Assembly: GCA_964016885.1 (NCBI GenBank)
Contig: OZ024745.1
Location: 28,644,001-28,708,000 of the forward strand
Length of the DNA stretch: 64,000 bases
From: Eledone cirrhosa
Lineage: Eukaryota
Direction: 5' to 3'
The notes under the pieces are model-generated. The model did not search any database. It saw only the letters and a program-made list of their open reading frames with translations, and was not told where the DNA came from. Positions 1 through 12,384 of the stretch are shown here, in pieces (position 1 is the stretch's first letter; each line of letters opens with the position of its first letter). Both the position numbers and the translations under genes were made by a program.

Positions 1-202
1 AAGGTCACAAGGTATGACGAAAGAGCTTTGAAATTAAAATAAATGTGGGTGTGATACAACTTGCTCTAGACTTTGACTCTCTTACACTGTTTTCTTCGTC
101 CTACGTCACCATCAGCACCACAACCATCATCATCACCGTTGTAATGGGCCAGACCATTGCCAGCATTTGTCTCACTCTGAAGCATTATGTTTATATTTGG
201 AA

Positions 203-392
203 GGGTGGTGGATTGGTAGTATCGGTAGAGGGTCAGACGCCATGCTTTGCAGCAAAGAGTTACGGCCCTTTATGGTCTGAGTTCAAATCCCCCCGAGGTT
301 AATTTAGCTTTTCATCCTTACGGGGTCGATAAAATTAAGTACCAGTAATACACTGGGATAATTGCTGGTCTTGTGCCAAATGTAGAAACAAT
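203..392 (+). mobile_element. tRNA-derived SINE (Meta/MESC-like core) with 13-bp TSD
   Basis: A-box-like TGGTAGTATCGG, B-box GAGTTCAAATCC and core TTTCATCCTTACGGGGTCGATAAAA..AGTACCAG. TGTTTATATTTGG is repeated at 188-200 and 393-405. Many copies occur in the window. Confidence 0.85.
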
Positions 393-498
393 TGTTTATA
401 TTTGGCAGAATTGGTAGAGCATCGCCCTAGTGTCAATATATAGACTCTAACCCTCATTTGAAATATGTTTAGCTTTGTCATTATCATAAAACAACGAA

Positions 499-627
499 TT
501 GGCAAAGTTGTTAGAATATTGGGTAAAATACTTTGTGGTTTTCGTTCTGATATTCTGCGCCATAAGTTCTAATCCCACTGAAGCCGACTTTACCGTTTAT
601 CTGTCGTGGTCGATAAAATACCAGTCT
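499..627 (+). mobile_element. old, diverged SINE of the same superfamily
   Basis: Degenerate A box (TGGCAAAGTTGTTAG), B box (GTTCTAATCCC) and GGTCGATAAAATACCAG core. Confidence 0.55.
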
Positions 628-1542
628 TATACTGAGTAAATTCTTCCACTATTTTTTCTTTCTCACTACATATATGTGTGTGTCGTTTGAAAGCCGAGAT
701 TAACGCCGCCCTCTGTCGTTTGACATTAGTAAGAACGGCAGTACAGTGTAAATATCACATATCAAACATATATTACATGTGTAATGTGTTTCAAGCTACA
801 TCTGTGTGTGTGATATACATACATATATACATATGTGCATGCGTGTATAAATGTATATATTTATGGATATTTATATATATGCCCACATACATTATATATA
901 TATATATATACACGCAACCTCTAACGCTATTTATCTTAAGTGTTTATGTTCAACGTTATATACAGTTCACTACTGAATCAGCTATTCGTAATACCTATAT
1001 ATATTCACGTGTACGTGTATATATACTCAGATAAGGAGTACCGTTAGCTATGTCAATCATTTGAACCACTTGCCAAGAAATTATCCTCCATATAGTGGTC
1101 GACCGACCTGCTAAAATTAACAGCCAAATTCTTTCAAATCACACACCTTAAATGCATTTATCAGTGTATCATGACAGGAAAGTCACGGCTGGAACGCAAT
1201 TTATCATAGCTCAAGTAATCAGGCCTGGTAAGAGCTACAGAACCAACCATTGAACATCATCAAATCTGTTTTTCTCACAGAGAATCTACTTCTCTCCATT
1301 TCCTGGTGACGTTTTCCATTCCAAGAAACATCGTTTTGCCCACCGCTCACAATTTGCCCCAATTTCTGTCTTGTCTCAGACTTGCCTTACCATCTGCTTT
1401 GCCCACCACCCACAATTTACCTCGCATATATTGCTCCAGACTTTGCCACTACACAAAGCTTGCCCCCGCCTTCTGTATTGCCCTACCATGGCCAATAATT
1501 TTCCACTGCCATCTATCTTGCCAGATTACCCCTTTTGTTTTT

Positions 1543-1603
<61 letters not shown>

Positions 1604-1604
1604 G

Positions 1605-1675
1605 TTTTGTCTGACGAACGTGCTAGATGTTTCTTGCAAGAATCATCTAGTTTCTTGAAACCTTCGGTAATTATA
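1605..1675 (+). ncRNA. degenerate hammerhead ribozyme motif
   Basis: CTGACGA, then stem CTAGATG/CATCTAG with inner TTCTTGCAAGAA, then GAAA-CC-TTC-GG-TA. Stem I is weak. Lies next to (TA)n. Confidence 0.5.
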
Positions 1676-2227
1676 TTGTGTTGTGTATTATATAATTAAA
1701 TATATATATCAGAAAATGCACACGAACAGGCAATTGCATCTCTACCTTTTCAAACACTTTGCTAGCTTGCAATTTCGCGCATGAAAATGGTATTGCATAT
1801 GTACTGCCAGTTTGCGCAACATATTAGAGAACCGCTCTGTCGGTAAGATGAATGTGAGACGATAATAAAAGAGAATGGACAGGAAGCTTTACATGCGTCT
1901 TGCGACAAAAAGCGAAATAAATATGTAAAAATATAAGGTCGGAAAATAAAGAGAGAACAGACTTAAGATAGAAAATGTACGACACACCCACACAGGAAGA
2001 CAGGGAAAACTTTGGAATTTCGTCAACATAAGGCTGGGTGGCGGAACTTAACAAAAGTCGCTCTGCTACCTACCGAAGATGAGAGGTAAAAGACGGGGGG
2101 GGGGGGGGGGATTAGAAAGAAAGGAAAGGAAGAAGACGAGGAAACATAAAGAGAGAGGGAGAGAACGAAGAAATAGAATGAGGAATGTGGGAACTAGCCA
2201 AATAAAAAGTTTTAGTTATCGAGAACT

Positions 2228-2441
2228 GGCGTGTGGCAGAATCAGTAGAGAGTCGGACAACAGGCTTCGCGGCATAGAGTTACGGCCCTTTACGGTCTGA
2301 ATTCAAATCACGTTGAGGTTAGCTTTGTCTATCATCCTTTCGGGGTCGATAAAATAAAGTACCAGTAATGCACTGGGGTCGATTTAATCGACTTTCCCAT
2401 GTCCTTCAAATTGCGGGCCTTGTGCCTAAAGTAGAAACAAT

Positions 2442-2442
<1 letters not shown>
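2228..2442 (+). mobile_element. tRNA-derived SINE (Meta/MESC-like core)
   Basis: Same head, core and GTAGAAACAATT tail as 203-392. Confidence 0.85.
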
Positions 2443-2472
<30 letters not shown>

Positions 2473-2521
2473 TTAGAATTTAGTTTCGACATAGCTGTAT
2501 ACAAATATGTATGTGGATTTC

Positions 2522-2568
<47 letters not shown>

Positions 2569-2778
2569 AACCAGTAAGACCCCGACAGCTGAGCTCAAGC
2601 CGTTTATATATATATATAAAGTTTTGGTACCCTTGAAAAATATATAATAGAAAAATATGGTTTTATAATCATTGATATTATACTCCAGAAAACTTGTCGA
2701 GTGCTTCGAATCTGTTATAAATATATTTGTTAAATTACCAACAATTAAATATCCCTTTTCTTATATATATATATATAG

Positions 2779-4350
2779 TTTTGCGAGGTTTTTAGACTTA
2801 CCTACGACACTGACTACCTAGACAGCCATGACCTTAGACGTTTCTGCCCCAATAGACCCATAAGAGGTAGACCCCCCCCCCCCCCCACCATAACCTCAAT
2901 GGCTAAAAAGACTCCCATGGGAAGGTGGATTGGGTGGACCAAAGCTATACGGACCCCCCAAAACAATGTTCAGGTAAGAAAAATGGTCGCACATGCAATA
3001 GGGGCTAGTATCAAAACTACCCTAAAGGGCCACATATTCAAGTTCAACGAGAAGATCTACACCCAAAATGAAGGAGCAGCCATTGGCGTCAGCATGGCTG
3101 GTGACGTTGCCAACCTTTTTATGGTATGGTGGGAAAGGAGACTTAAAGATCTCCTTAATGAGAGCTCCTTAAACCTCATCATGTACTCTCGTTACGTAGA
3201 CGATATCAATATAGTTATAAGAACATCCCCACAAGAGAACACTAACAAGTTTGATTTAGAACGTAGCACAATGGAAAGCATCCAGAAGACAGCTAATTCC
3301 ATACACCAGAGTATAACTGTAACTATCGACTACCCTTCCAAACACCCTAACAATAGACTACCTGTATTAGACACGGAACTCTGGATTAACACTATAGACG
3401 AGAGAGCCCAAATTCTTCACTCACACTATGCTAAACCCATGGCCTCCAAATACCTGATACTCAAAAACTCAGCAATGTCCAGTAGTGCTAAGTTTAATAT
3501 TCTGATCGCAGACTTGGTACGAGTGATGAAGAATGTGTCCCGCATGTGCGACCCAACAGAAATGGAAAGACACATCCAACACTTCATCAACCGCATGCAG
3601 TTCTCTAGCTACAACCAAAGAGACAGAATCAGAGTATACGAAGGAGCCACGGAAAAGTATAAGACCCGCATAGAACTGGACATGAAAGGAATTTGCCCAT
3701 TATACAGGAGCAAATCATGGAATAGCTTAGATAGGGCTAGACATAAGATAGGGAAAGCCACCTCATGGTACGACAACCAGAGATACCAGAGTGTCATGTT
3801 CGTGGACGCTACCCCTGGAGGGAAATTAGCTAACCAGTGTAGAAAGGCCCTGAGAAAGACCCACTTAAAGATTAAGGTGGTAGAAAAGCCAGGAACCACC
3901 ATAAAATCCCTGATCAGCAAAACCTACCCTTTTAAGAAAACCCACTGTACTAATAGGAAATGTATCATATGTAAGGTAAACCCCCGGATAAACTGTAAAA
4001 CTAGAAACGTAGTCTATAGCATAAGATGTACAGAGGGTACTTGCAGAAACATGACAACTACATACATAGGCGAGACAGCTCGTAGCATAGGTGAAAGGAT
4101 AGACGAACACTGGGGGGAACTAAAAGGACGAAAAAACGGTTCAGTACTATACGAACATGCCAGACAACAACACGACGGTAACATAGACAACATAGAAATT
4201 AGAATAATATCTAAACATAGAAATGACCCAGCAGATAGGCAAATCAGAGAGGCCAGTGAAATAGAACTTAGAAGGTCAAGGCTAAACAGAAAAAATGAAT
4301 GGAATAACAACAACACCCAAACAAACAACACTGACCTAAGAGAAGTATAA
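2779..4350 (+). CDS. 5'-truncated Penelope-like element ORF (Naiad-like): RT C-terminal half + Cys-rich linker + GIY-YIG endonuclease
   Basis: Motifs GAAIG..MAG.VANLFM.WW, RYVDD, TIDYPSKHPNNRLPVLD, Y.KPMAS, CxxxxCxxC and VVYSIRC..YIGETAR..ERIDEH. The frame stays open upstream of the Met at 2899 back to 2779 (…CPNRPIRGRPP), where it abuts (TA)n. Confidence 0.9.
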   Translation, partial: FCEVFRLTYDTDYLDSHDLRRFCPNRPIRGRPPPPPTITSMAKKTPMGRWIGWTKAIRTPQNNVQVRKMVAHAIGASIKTTLKGHIFKFNEKIYTQNEGAAIGVSMAGDVANLFMVWWERRLKDLLNESSLNLIMYSRYVDDINIVIRTSPQENTNKFDLERSTMESIQKTANSIHQSITVTIDYPSKHPNNRLPVLDTELWINTIDERAQILHSHYAKPMASKYLILKNSAMSSSAKFNILIADLVRVMKNVSRMCDPTEMERHIQHFINRMQFSSYNQRDRIRVYEGATEKYKTRIELDMKGICPLYRSKSWNSLDRARHKIGKATSWYDNQRYQSVMFVDATPGGKLANQCRKALRKTHLKIKVVEKPGTTIKSLISKTYPFKKTHCTNRKCIICKVNPRINCKTRNVVYSIRCTEGTCRNMTTTYIGETARSIGERIDEHWGELKGRKNGSVLYEHARQQHDGNIDNIEIRIISKHRNDPADRQIREASEIELRRSRLNRKNEWNNNNTQTNNTDLREV

Positions 4351-4820
4351 ATAAATAAATAAATACATACACAAGCACAATAACAACAAACACATATAAA
4401 CACACAAGTAAAGATAGAATACATTAACCAATACACAGTCACCCAATCACGAACACACATCAAACAAAACACTATACGCAAACGCATGCGCAAAGAAGAC
4501 AAAATAAAATAAACAAATAAATATATAAACAGACTAAATAAAGATGGCGTAGAAAATACAATGCAATGGGAGGAAACAATAGCACCACTGACGATGTTGC
4601 AGATGTGCAACGAAAGAACTTTGATAAACTATATATATGTGTTTGTGTCTATATTGTATCTGTATTTTTGACCGTTGGTCAGTCAATGGCAACATTGAGG
4701 ACCGAATAAATTAGATTACCGATATAAAAGACACAGAAGCGAAAAGCGAAAACCTACCAAACAGTGAGTGTGTTCTGTTATTAATTCTGGCAATATTACA
4801 CAAATATGACCCTCCCCAAG
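4351..4820 (+). mobile_element. Penelope 3' region/pLTR ending ATGACCCTCCCCAAGTATAACAA-(TA)n
   Basis: Follows the PLE ORF and contains a hammerhead. A similar terminus occurs at ~23345-23370, at ~30190-30217 (minus) and duplicated at ~4896-4920. Confidence 0.75.
4584..4625 (+). ncRNA. minimal type I hammerhead ribozyme in PLE pLTR
   Basis: CTGACGA-T-GTTGCA-GATG-TGCAAC-GAAA-GAACTT-TGA. Confidence 0.75.
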
Positions 4821-4823
4821 TAT

Positions 4824-4887
<64 letters not shown>

Positions 4888-4920
4888 ATATATATATGAC
4901 CCTCCCCAAGTATAACAATA

Positions 4921-4961
<41 letters not shown>

Positions 4962-4963
4962 TT

Positions 4964-5045
<82 letters not shown>

Positions 5046-5324
5046 GTGAGGATTTTGCCAGTTTTAAACTAGTAAGACTTCGAGAATATATATATACACA
5101 TATATATACATACACACGTGTGTCTGACCATTTGACATTACTGACGGTGATGATGATTATTGTGTTTGTGATGGTATGTTTAACTGTTTAAGAAAGATGG
5201 TGGCTTGAGAATGTTTGAATGAACGAGAAAGAAAGAGAGAGAGAGAGAGGGGGAGGTGGTAGAGGGAGACATCGTATGGTAGATTAAAAACTTATAAGAG
5301 AGTATGAGTAACGAAAACACTCAC

Positions 5325-5582
5325 ACTACCATTAGTTCCTCCTCTTCCTCCTCTGAATTGCCTTTTGAGTTTCATTTCGTCTGCCGCCTCTATGTTTTCT
5401 ACTTTATAAACTGTCCCTTTCTCTCTTGGGAAAATATAATTAAGGCAAAACGATTTATAGCGTAGCTGTAGTACGATCAATGAGAAATGTACGACAGCTC
5501 AGACAATGGAGAGATAAACACCTTAGCGACATCAGTTAAACAGTATCTAAGGCCGCGTTAGCAACAAACAGACCATCATCAT
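5325..5582 (-). other. candidate exon of a minus-strand host transcript
   Basis: Non-repetitive-looking block with acceptor TTTTTTGTCTTAG| and donor GGTAGT|GTGAGT. Confidence 0.35.
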
Positions 5583-7074
5583 CTAAGACAAAAAAAGCAC
5601 TATCAAAAGCAACAACGACGCCAGCAGCAATTCTATCTACATTAGCAACTACTAAAAGCAACATTGGCAACAACAACAACAACAACAGCTAAAAATAACA
5701 AGCAACAAACATGTAAGTTAAAAAAATATTTAGGGTGTGTAGTGTGTGTGCATTTTTTATTAAGCACGAAAGAAACTCCTGGCGTCCTCGCAGATATATC
5801 ATCATTATCATTATTTAAAGTCCGATTTTCCATGCTTGCATGGGTTGGGCGACTCCTTTCCAGTACAACCTCCTTCCTCAGTGTTCCTTCATCATCGCAT
5901 CTCCTCTGTGAGGTTCGGTGTTTCATTTCTAACTACGTCTACCTAGGTTCTTCTCAGTCTTCCTCTGCTATGTACCAATGTCTAGGTCTACAATGCTGTG
6001 GAGTACACTTTTCCTTTATGGTGCAGGGACTGCCATACTAAGAAGCTATATACAATCCTGAACGACACCTTAAGGTTCATCACAGTGTCTCCGTCTTATA
6101 TCAACCGAGTTTCTACTTCGAAGGAAGCATCACGCCTCAACAGACCCAAGCCGAGGGCCCCCAAAAGAAATTTTGTAAGGCGGTACAAGACCCCTTTGGG
6201 GCCTGAAGCAGGTAAAGATTTTTCTCGAAATAGATGTTGCATGGTTGCTGTGTGGCTTTCTTAGCTCTTGTGCTCCGGAACAAAGTACCGGCTGGGCCTC
6301 CCTCTCATAGGCCTTGCCCAAGCCATCTGCTTCATGACAAGACTGAGGATTTTCAGTTACTGGACCAGCATCGCTTTGTCACGCTTCCTTTTCTCTCGTC
6401 ACGTAGCAAAACTGTGAAACTCTGATTTCAACATGTTTCAGACGTAAAGAACTTAGCTGCCAACAAACATCTCGATCCACCAAACTCAATGTCAACTCCA
6501 ATACACCCCTCCCCACAGTCGCTAACTTCTCTCTGGAGTAATGGATGTCCCTAGATTAGCTATGCACAGATGTCGCGGATGCAGTGCAACCATGCACTAC
6601 TGAGGGCTGCGGCCAGCAGCAGCTTGTCAATGTAACTGGCCAAAGCAGACAGCTGGGCATAATATACTAAGTGAATACCTGGATCACCATCCACGAGTCT
6701 GAGAGTGTGGACCTTATGCACCTTAATCCCACTACCATGGGTTGCAGTGACTGAGGGTCGTCACGTGCCAGCTGTCTCATACGCAAGAAGTGTACATGGT
6801 TTGCATTGCTTTACGAGTCACTATATCATAATACTATAAAAGCATCACGTGACAATAACTTTGTGCTAGAGTTCTCTAGGAAATAGTAATTTCATATTTT
6901 CTTCCCTACCCCCCCTCACTCACACACACAGATGGTCTATGGTAAAACAGCAGCTATATATATAGTTATCTACCTTTTGACAATAAAAGCAACATGTATC
7001 TACCCATCTATTTGTTTGTCAAGCGTTCTACCTATTTGTCACTCTATATATATCTGCCTATCTATCTATCTATC

Positions 7075-7105
<31 letters not shown>

Positions 7106-7205
7106 CTATCTATTTATCTATCTATCTATATATCTTTCTATCTATCTATCTTTCTATCTGTCTATCTATCTGTCTATTTATCTATCTATCTATCTATCTG
7201 TCTAT

Positions 7206-10200
7206 ACGTTGGCAGTAGTGAAGGTGCGGCCTTGAGACTGGTCGCCGTCTACTCCCCTTTCGGAGCTGAACGGCCCGACTTCTTCCAGCGTTTGGAGACT
7301 TTTCTGGGAACGTCGCGTTCCCTGCTTCTAGCGGGGGATTGGAATGACATCCTAGATGGACGTTGGGACTATGCAGGAGCATGTCCTAATAGAGGGGGTG
7401 TAACAGCCTCAAGGGGTTACTCGACCGTTTTAACTTGGTCGATAGATATCGACTAGATTTTCCAACTGTGCCTACCTGGACTTGGAGAAACCACAGTGGT
7501 CAATCTAGATCGTACTTAGATAGATTCTTAGTTAGAAGTAAGGATAGGGACATATTATATTAAGCTGTCCAGAAATGCGCACGGTTGGCTATACGGATCA
7601 CAAATTAGTGACCTGCGTAGTCAATCTCGAGAAAACACATAAACAGGGTCCCGGTTACTGGAAACTTAATTTGTCTTTACCGGCAAAAGAGACTTACAGA
7701 AACCGGATTAGCAGATTAGTTAAGGAGAGGTTGACGGGTGCAATCGTCAACAACCGATGGTGGGCATCTCTCAAAAGAGAGATTAGAACAGAATCAATAA
7801 GTTATAGCAAGATGTTAGCTGCCGATAGGAATAGAAACGAGAAAGAATTAACAGGTAAATTAGAAGAGGCAATCAAGAGCGAAGATGTGGCCAGAGTGCT
7901 GGCATCAAGGACGGCCTTGAACCAGTTTTTCGATGCAAAGCACGAAGGCTGCGTCATTCGAAGTAAAATACGTGCTCTAGGTAATGAGGGGGCCAAAGCC
8001 GTTGGCTGGGCCCGCGTGACAGAAGCTAAGAGTGGAAATCGATCCACCATCCGGTCGTTGCAAGACGAGGATGGACGGGTGATCCGGGAGCCTAAGCAGA
8101 TGTGCGAGGCCTTTCAAAGGCACTTTGCCCGATTATTCGGGGGAGGGGAGGGTCCGGGCGGGGACGTGGATTTCGGTCCATACCTCGACGGCCTGCCGCG
8201 TCTCTCGAGCGAAGAGGCAGAGTCCTGCGAGGGACCAATCTCGGCTGATGAGATCGGAGATGCGCTGAGCCAATGCAGCAGACGCAAATCTCCAGGTCTC
8301 GATGGTATACCTTACGAACTTTATTTAGCAATGCCGGTCTTCTTCTCCGAACTCCTCGAAGCGGTCTACTGCAATTGGCAGCAGAACGGGAGAATTCCTT
8401 GTTTTGTAGCCAAGGGCGTAGTCTCGCTGGTGAGGAAAGACGAGAACAAGGGGGATAGTATAAATAATTTTCGGCCCATAACCCTGCTAAACACAGAGTT
8501 AAAGATTCTGGCCAAGGTGTTAGCAAAGAGGTTGGCGCTTGTCGTAGGTAGCCTGGTGGGAGATGCGCAGACATGTGCTATCCCATCCAAGTCCATTCAC
8601 GATAACCTCCACCTCATGCGATACATCATAGAGAGGGTTGGCAACAAACCCGGCTTCGGTGGGGCCCTGATCAACTTGGATCAGTCTAAGGCCTTCGATA
8701 GGGTCGACCATGGTTACCTGGATGCGGTGCTAGCGGCGGCTGGGTTCGGTCCTGTTTTCAGAGGCTGGATCACTGCCTTACATAGCAACCACATCTGTTC
8801 TAGGATCAAGGTGAACGGCTACCTTTCGAAGCCGTTCGAAATCACACGATCCATTCGACAGGGTTGCCCTCTCTCCTCCCTTCTGTACGTATTGACTCTC
8901 GAGCCTTTACTGAGGAAGTTAGAGTTGTTGCAGAGTATCCCCCTGGAACCAGGATTGAGCAAAGCGGTGTCGGCCTACGCCGATGACGTAACAGTAATTG
9001 TATCGACCGACTCGGAGATCGAGGCGATCGGTACCTTACTGGAGGATTACGAAAGGTTGTCAGGAGCGAAACTGAACCGGGAAAAATCCATCGGGTTGCA
9101 ACTCGGAACGTGGAGAGGCAGACCGATGCCTCCCCACGGTGTCGTCGGACACTGGACGGAGGGCCCGGTAAAGTTGCTTGGAGTCTGGTTTGGACCGGAC
9201 CTCCAGGTGGAAAAGAACTGGGACGAGGTTACGAACAAGGTGTTTACACTAACCCAGAAATGGGCCAAGTGTAAGCTGTCCCTAAAAGGCCGGGCGGAGG
9301 TGACGAACATTTACATAGCGTCCGTCACTTACTACCGCCTGACTGTCGTGCCTTGCCCTAAGGAAACACTCACCACCATGGAACGCATGCTCTTCCAATT
9401 TCTTTGGAAGAAGCGCCCTCCTATGGTGAGAAGATCCATCTGCTGCCAACAACCTTCGAAAGGAGGGCTGGGGATGCCGTGGTTGATGATGCGTAGGCAC
9501 GCATTAAGGCTACGGCACCTACAGGTATTCCTCACTGGTCAACCGGTGTGGGCTCCGTTCGTGAAACGAGCCTTTCCGAGACTCGTCTGGCTCACCGAGC
9601 TGCAGTCCTGGGTCAAGCAAAGATCCGGAAAACTGGGAGACTGGCACACTGAGTGTGCTCAGGCGATCAGGGCTCTCTGGCAAGCGGGCCAGGCCACCGG
9701 TGGAGAATCCACCTCATCATTCTATAGAGGGCTGGTGGCTAGCAGGGGCGATGACACCCTTGGAGAGTCGCTGGACATGGAAGAGGACGAACTGGCCAAC
9801 CTGTTCGGTAGGACTTTCGGCCCGGGACCAATGGACAACTTCCAGAAGTCACTAGCCTGGCAGTGCTACCGGGGGGCTCTACCCGTTCGAGAGAGGCTCT
9901 ACAGACACGGGCGCCCGGGCAGGGATCCCTCGAAAAAGATTTGCCCTAGATGCGTGCGTCACGAAGAAACCGTTGCGCACGCATTGGTGCAATGTCCGGG
10001 CGTGGCTGATCTGTGGGGCTACGTCGAACGACTGCTGTCGCGGGTGGCGCCGATTCAATTGACCGCCGAGTCCGTGATGACAATCAAACCGCCTCCCCTC
10101 TTCACAAAGGAAGCAAAGGCGGTTTTTCTGTGCGTAATAGCCATGTTGAAAGAGGTTGTTTGGTGGACACGATTGAAAGGTCTGAGGTCAGGCAACTTCC

Positions 10201-10578
10201 TCTCTGGCCATAGTCTGGTCTACTTCTTCCGATATCACTTCGGAAGAAGGATAAGAATGGAGAGAGAGGTGCTTGGCCACAGGCAGTTTTATGAAAGGTG
10301 GGTGATAGTGGCGAGAATGGCTCGTGTAAATGGGCCTTCTCTGTATACCATCCTGTAGGTAAAGAAGTGAAGGAGAGGAGAGCACCTTCTCCATGTGCTC
10401 CCCGGGCAAAGGATTGCACACTTTTTCGGGGGGGGGGGGGTGCAACCCCCATCACGTCCCCTTCCTTTTGAGGTTGTTTTCGATTATTTTCATTTTATAC
10501 CCTTTTTACTCGATTGTATGTAAACTCCCCTTTTGTATTTCTCCCTTCTTTTTATGCCTTTATGGTAAATAAAGAAAT
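7206..10578 (+). mobile_element. 5'-truncated Tx1/L1-clade LINE within (TCTA)n
   Basis: Nearly identical to 57855-61217. Frameshifts in the APE part (1-nt loss near 7392, 5-nt duplication near 7552). Degenerate (TATC)n on both flanks. Confidence 0.95.
7575..10358 (+). CDS. LINE ORF2 remnant: RT + C-terminal Cys/His motif (927 aa)
   Basis: Motifs KSPGLDG, NFRPITLLN, LDQSKAFDRVDH, RQGCPLS, AYADD and CPRC…ETVAHALVQC. Confidence 0.9.
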   Translation: MRTVGYTDHKLVTCVVNLEKTHKQGPGYWKLNLSLPAKETYRNRISRLVKERLTGAIVNNRWWASLKREIRTESISYSKMLAADRNRNEKELTGKLEEAIKSEDVARVLASRTALNQFFDAKHEGCVIRSKIRALGNEGAKAVGWARVTEAKSGNRSTIRSLQDEDGRVIREPKQMCEAFQRHFARLFGGGEGPGGDVDFGPYLDGLPRLSSEEAESCEGPISADEIGDALSQCSRRKSPGLDGIPYELYLAMPVFFSELLEAVYCNWQQNGRIPCFVAKGVVSLVRKDENKGDSINNFRPITLLNTELKILAKVLAKRLALVVGSLVGDAQTCAIPSKSIHDNLHLMRYIIERVGNKPGFGGALINLDQSKAFDRVDHGYLDAVLAAAGFGPVFRGWITALHSNHICSRIKVNGYLSKPFEITRSIRQGCPLSSLLYVLTLEPLLRKLELLQSIPLEPGLSKAVSAYADDVTVIVSTDSEIEAIGTLLEDYERLSGAKLNREKSIGLQLGTWRGRPMPPHGVVGHWTEGPVKLLGVWFGPDLQVEKNWDEVTNKVFTLTQKWAKCKLSLKGRAEVTNIYIASVTYYRLTVVPCPKETLTTMERMLFQFLWKKRPPMVRRSICCQQPSKGGLGMPWLMMRRHALRLRHLQVFLTGQPVWAPFVKRAFPRLVWLTELQSWVKQRSGKLGDWHTECAQAIRALWQAGQATGGESTSSFYRGLVASRGDDTLGESLDMEEDELANLFGRTFGPGPMDNFQKSLAWQCYRGALPVRERLYRHGRPGRDPSKKICPRCVRHEETVAHALVQCPGVADLWGYVERLLSRVAPIQLTAESVMTIKPPPLFTKEAKAVFLCVIAMLKEVVWWTRLKGLRSGNFLSGHSLVYFFRYHFGRRIRMEREVLGHRQFYERWVIVARMARVNGPSLYTIL

Positions 10579-10967
10579 ATATCTATCTATCTGTCTATTT
10601 ATCTATCTGTCTATCTATCTGTCTATCTATCTGTATATCTATCTAAATATTTATCTATCTTTCTACTTATTTGTCACTATATATCTGTCTGTCTATCTAC
10701 CTACCTCTGTATTTCTTTATCTACCCATCTCTATATTTCTATCTGTTTGCCTGTCCATCTATAGTTATCTCTGTATATGTGTGTGTGTGTGTGTGAGTAT
10801 TGATTTCCTTATATCATATATATTTCAGTAACAGTTAGTTTAGTGTAGCCATGAAAAAAAGCCCCGACCGTGGCGCTGGACTCACGCTAGGACGTCCACA
10901 GATTTATGGCTGGTGAAAGTAGCTAGTAAGAGTTTACCTTATTTACAAGCTAATACCACACACATAT

Positions 10968-11057
<90 letters not shown>

Positions 11058-11059
11058 AC

Positions 11060-11321
11060 TGTCAGCTGAAAAGTTCATAGGCTGACTATGAAGGATTGAT
11101 GCTAGAACTATTAAATCTTACATGCATTAATTTCAACTCTTTTTATCAATAACTGTATTGTTTCCTTTTAGGAAACAGTGTTTCCTAAATAATTGTTTCT
11201 ACTTTTGGCACAAGGCCAGCAATTATCCCAGTGCATTAGTGTTTCCTAAATAATAAAACTCATTTGGTCATTCCATGAGAGTATCTTGGTCAATCTATGA
11301 ACTTTTCAGCCAACCTTTCAT
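11060..11321. mobile_element. mariner-type MITE
   Basis: Terminal inverted repeats GCTGAAAAGTTCATAGGCTGAC and GTCAATCTATGAACTTTTCAGC, in a TA-rich context. Confidence 0.7.
11191..11237 (-). mobile_element. extremely 5'-truncated SINE 3' end inserted into the MITE
   Basis: Matches the SINE tail. Flanked by the direct repeat AGTGTTTCCTAAATAAT (TSD). Confidence 0.75.
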
Positions 11322-11331
11322 ACGTATATGC

Positions 11332-11387
<56 letters not shown>

Positions 11388-11679
11388 ATAATAATAAATG
11401 CGAAGACTAAAATCCAAAGAGGGCTCGATATATATATATGTACTCTCAGGGAAGTGGCCGTGCTCAATATGTAGATAAAAAGTAGGTAGGAACTCTATAC
11501 GATCTACTCAAGGTAATGTACGATTAGGTAACAGAATTAGCAACGGAGGAGTTGCTCTGAAAACATAGTAGTTATTATAAGAACAGGCTGGAAAAGTTTG
11601 GGCAACTACTATCTTTGTTGACATCAAAGGAATATTCTCTATGAGCGAAGGGTAGATTGTATGATGCTTAAGTGAGAAG

Positions 11680-11990
11680 TGCAATGATGCATGGTGCTCG
11701 GGCGGTAAATGTAGAAAATATATGGAGGCTAGAGAGAAATGAATCAAGCATGCTCCAATGGATCTGTACTGTTAGTGTGCATGGATAATGCGGCATGGAT
11801 GAACTGAGAGAAAAGATGGGTATAAGAGGAATCAGATCTAATGAGCAAGAGAGAAGAAGTGTGATACATATAGATGATGAACGGTGGGTGAAGAAATGCC
11901 AGGAGATTGCCAGTGAAAGGACGCTGGAGTAGAGAAAGACCGTGGGCATAGGTGGTTAAAGCTCATTTCAAAACGCTGAACACCGCAGTG
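11680..11990 (+). pseudogene. RTE-clade LINE 3' ORF fragment
   Basis: Translates to RLERNESSMLQWIC…ELREKMGIRGIR…ERWVKKC, with disablements. Confidence 0.6.
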
Positions 11991-12074
11991 AAACTGTCGA
12001 AAGAACGCTGAAAAAGCATCCAAAATTAGTGTTTCTTTATTGAGTCACGTGACTGGTCGCGGGCGATATATTTA

Positions 12075-12350
12075 ACCACCACCACATCACTTCCCTAACA
12101 CCAACACCTCAATCACCACACCACATCCCTAACACCGACACCACTTCAATCACCACACCACATCCTTAGCACAAACACCACTACAATCACTACACCAACA
12201 CCACCGCATCCTTAGCACAAACACTACCACAATCACCACAAACACCACCACAATCACCACACCACATCCCTAACAACACCAACACCACCACAATCACCAC
12301 ACCACATCGCTCATGCCAACGCCACCACAATCACCACACCACATCCCTGC
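12075..12350. repeat. CA-rich minisatellite (CACCACAATCACCACACCACATCCCTAA-like unit)
   Basis: Imperfect tandem copies. Confidence 0.8.
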
Positions 12351-12384
12351 AAGAGGTTGAACATTCCACAGACAGCTTTAACGT

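Noticed and set aside
203-300. tRNA gene
   Set aside because: The A/B boxes belong to a multi-copy SINE head and do not form a full cloverleaf.
4351-4820. possible SECIS/selenoprotein feature, as reported for some Naiad PLEs
   Set aside because: No in-frame UGA in the visible ORF and no SECIS evident by eye.
7802-10455. short antisense and alternative-frame ORFs in the LINE (repeated at 58-61 kb)
   Set aside because: By-products of GC-rich ORF2. Their recurrence only reflects copy identity.
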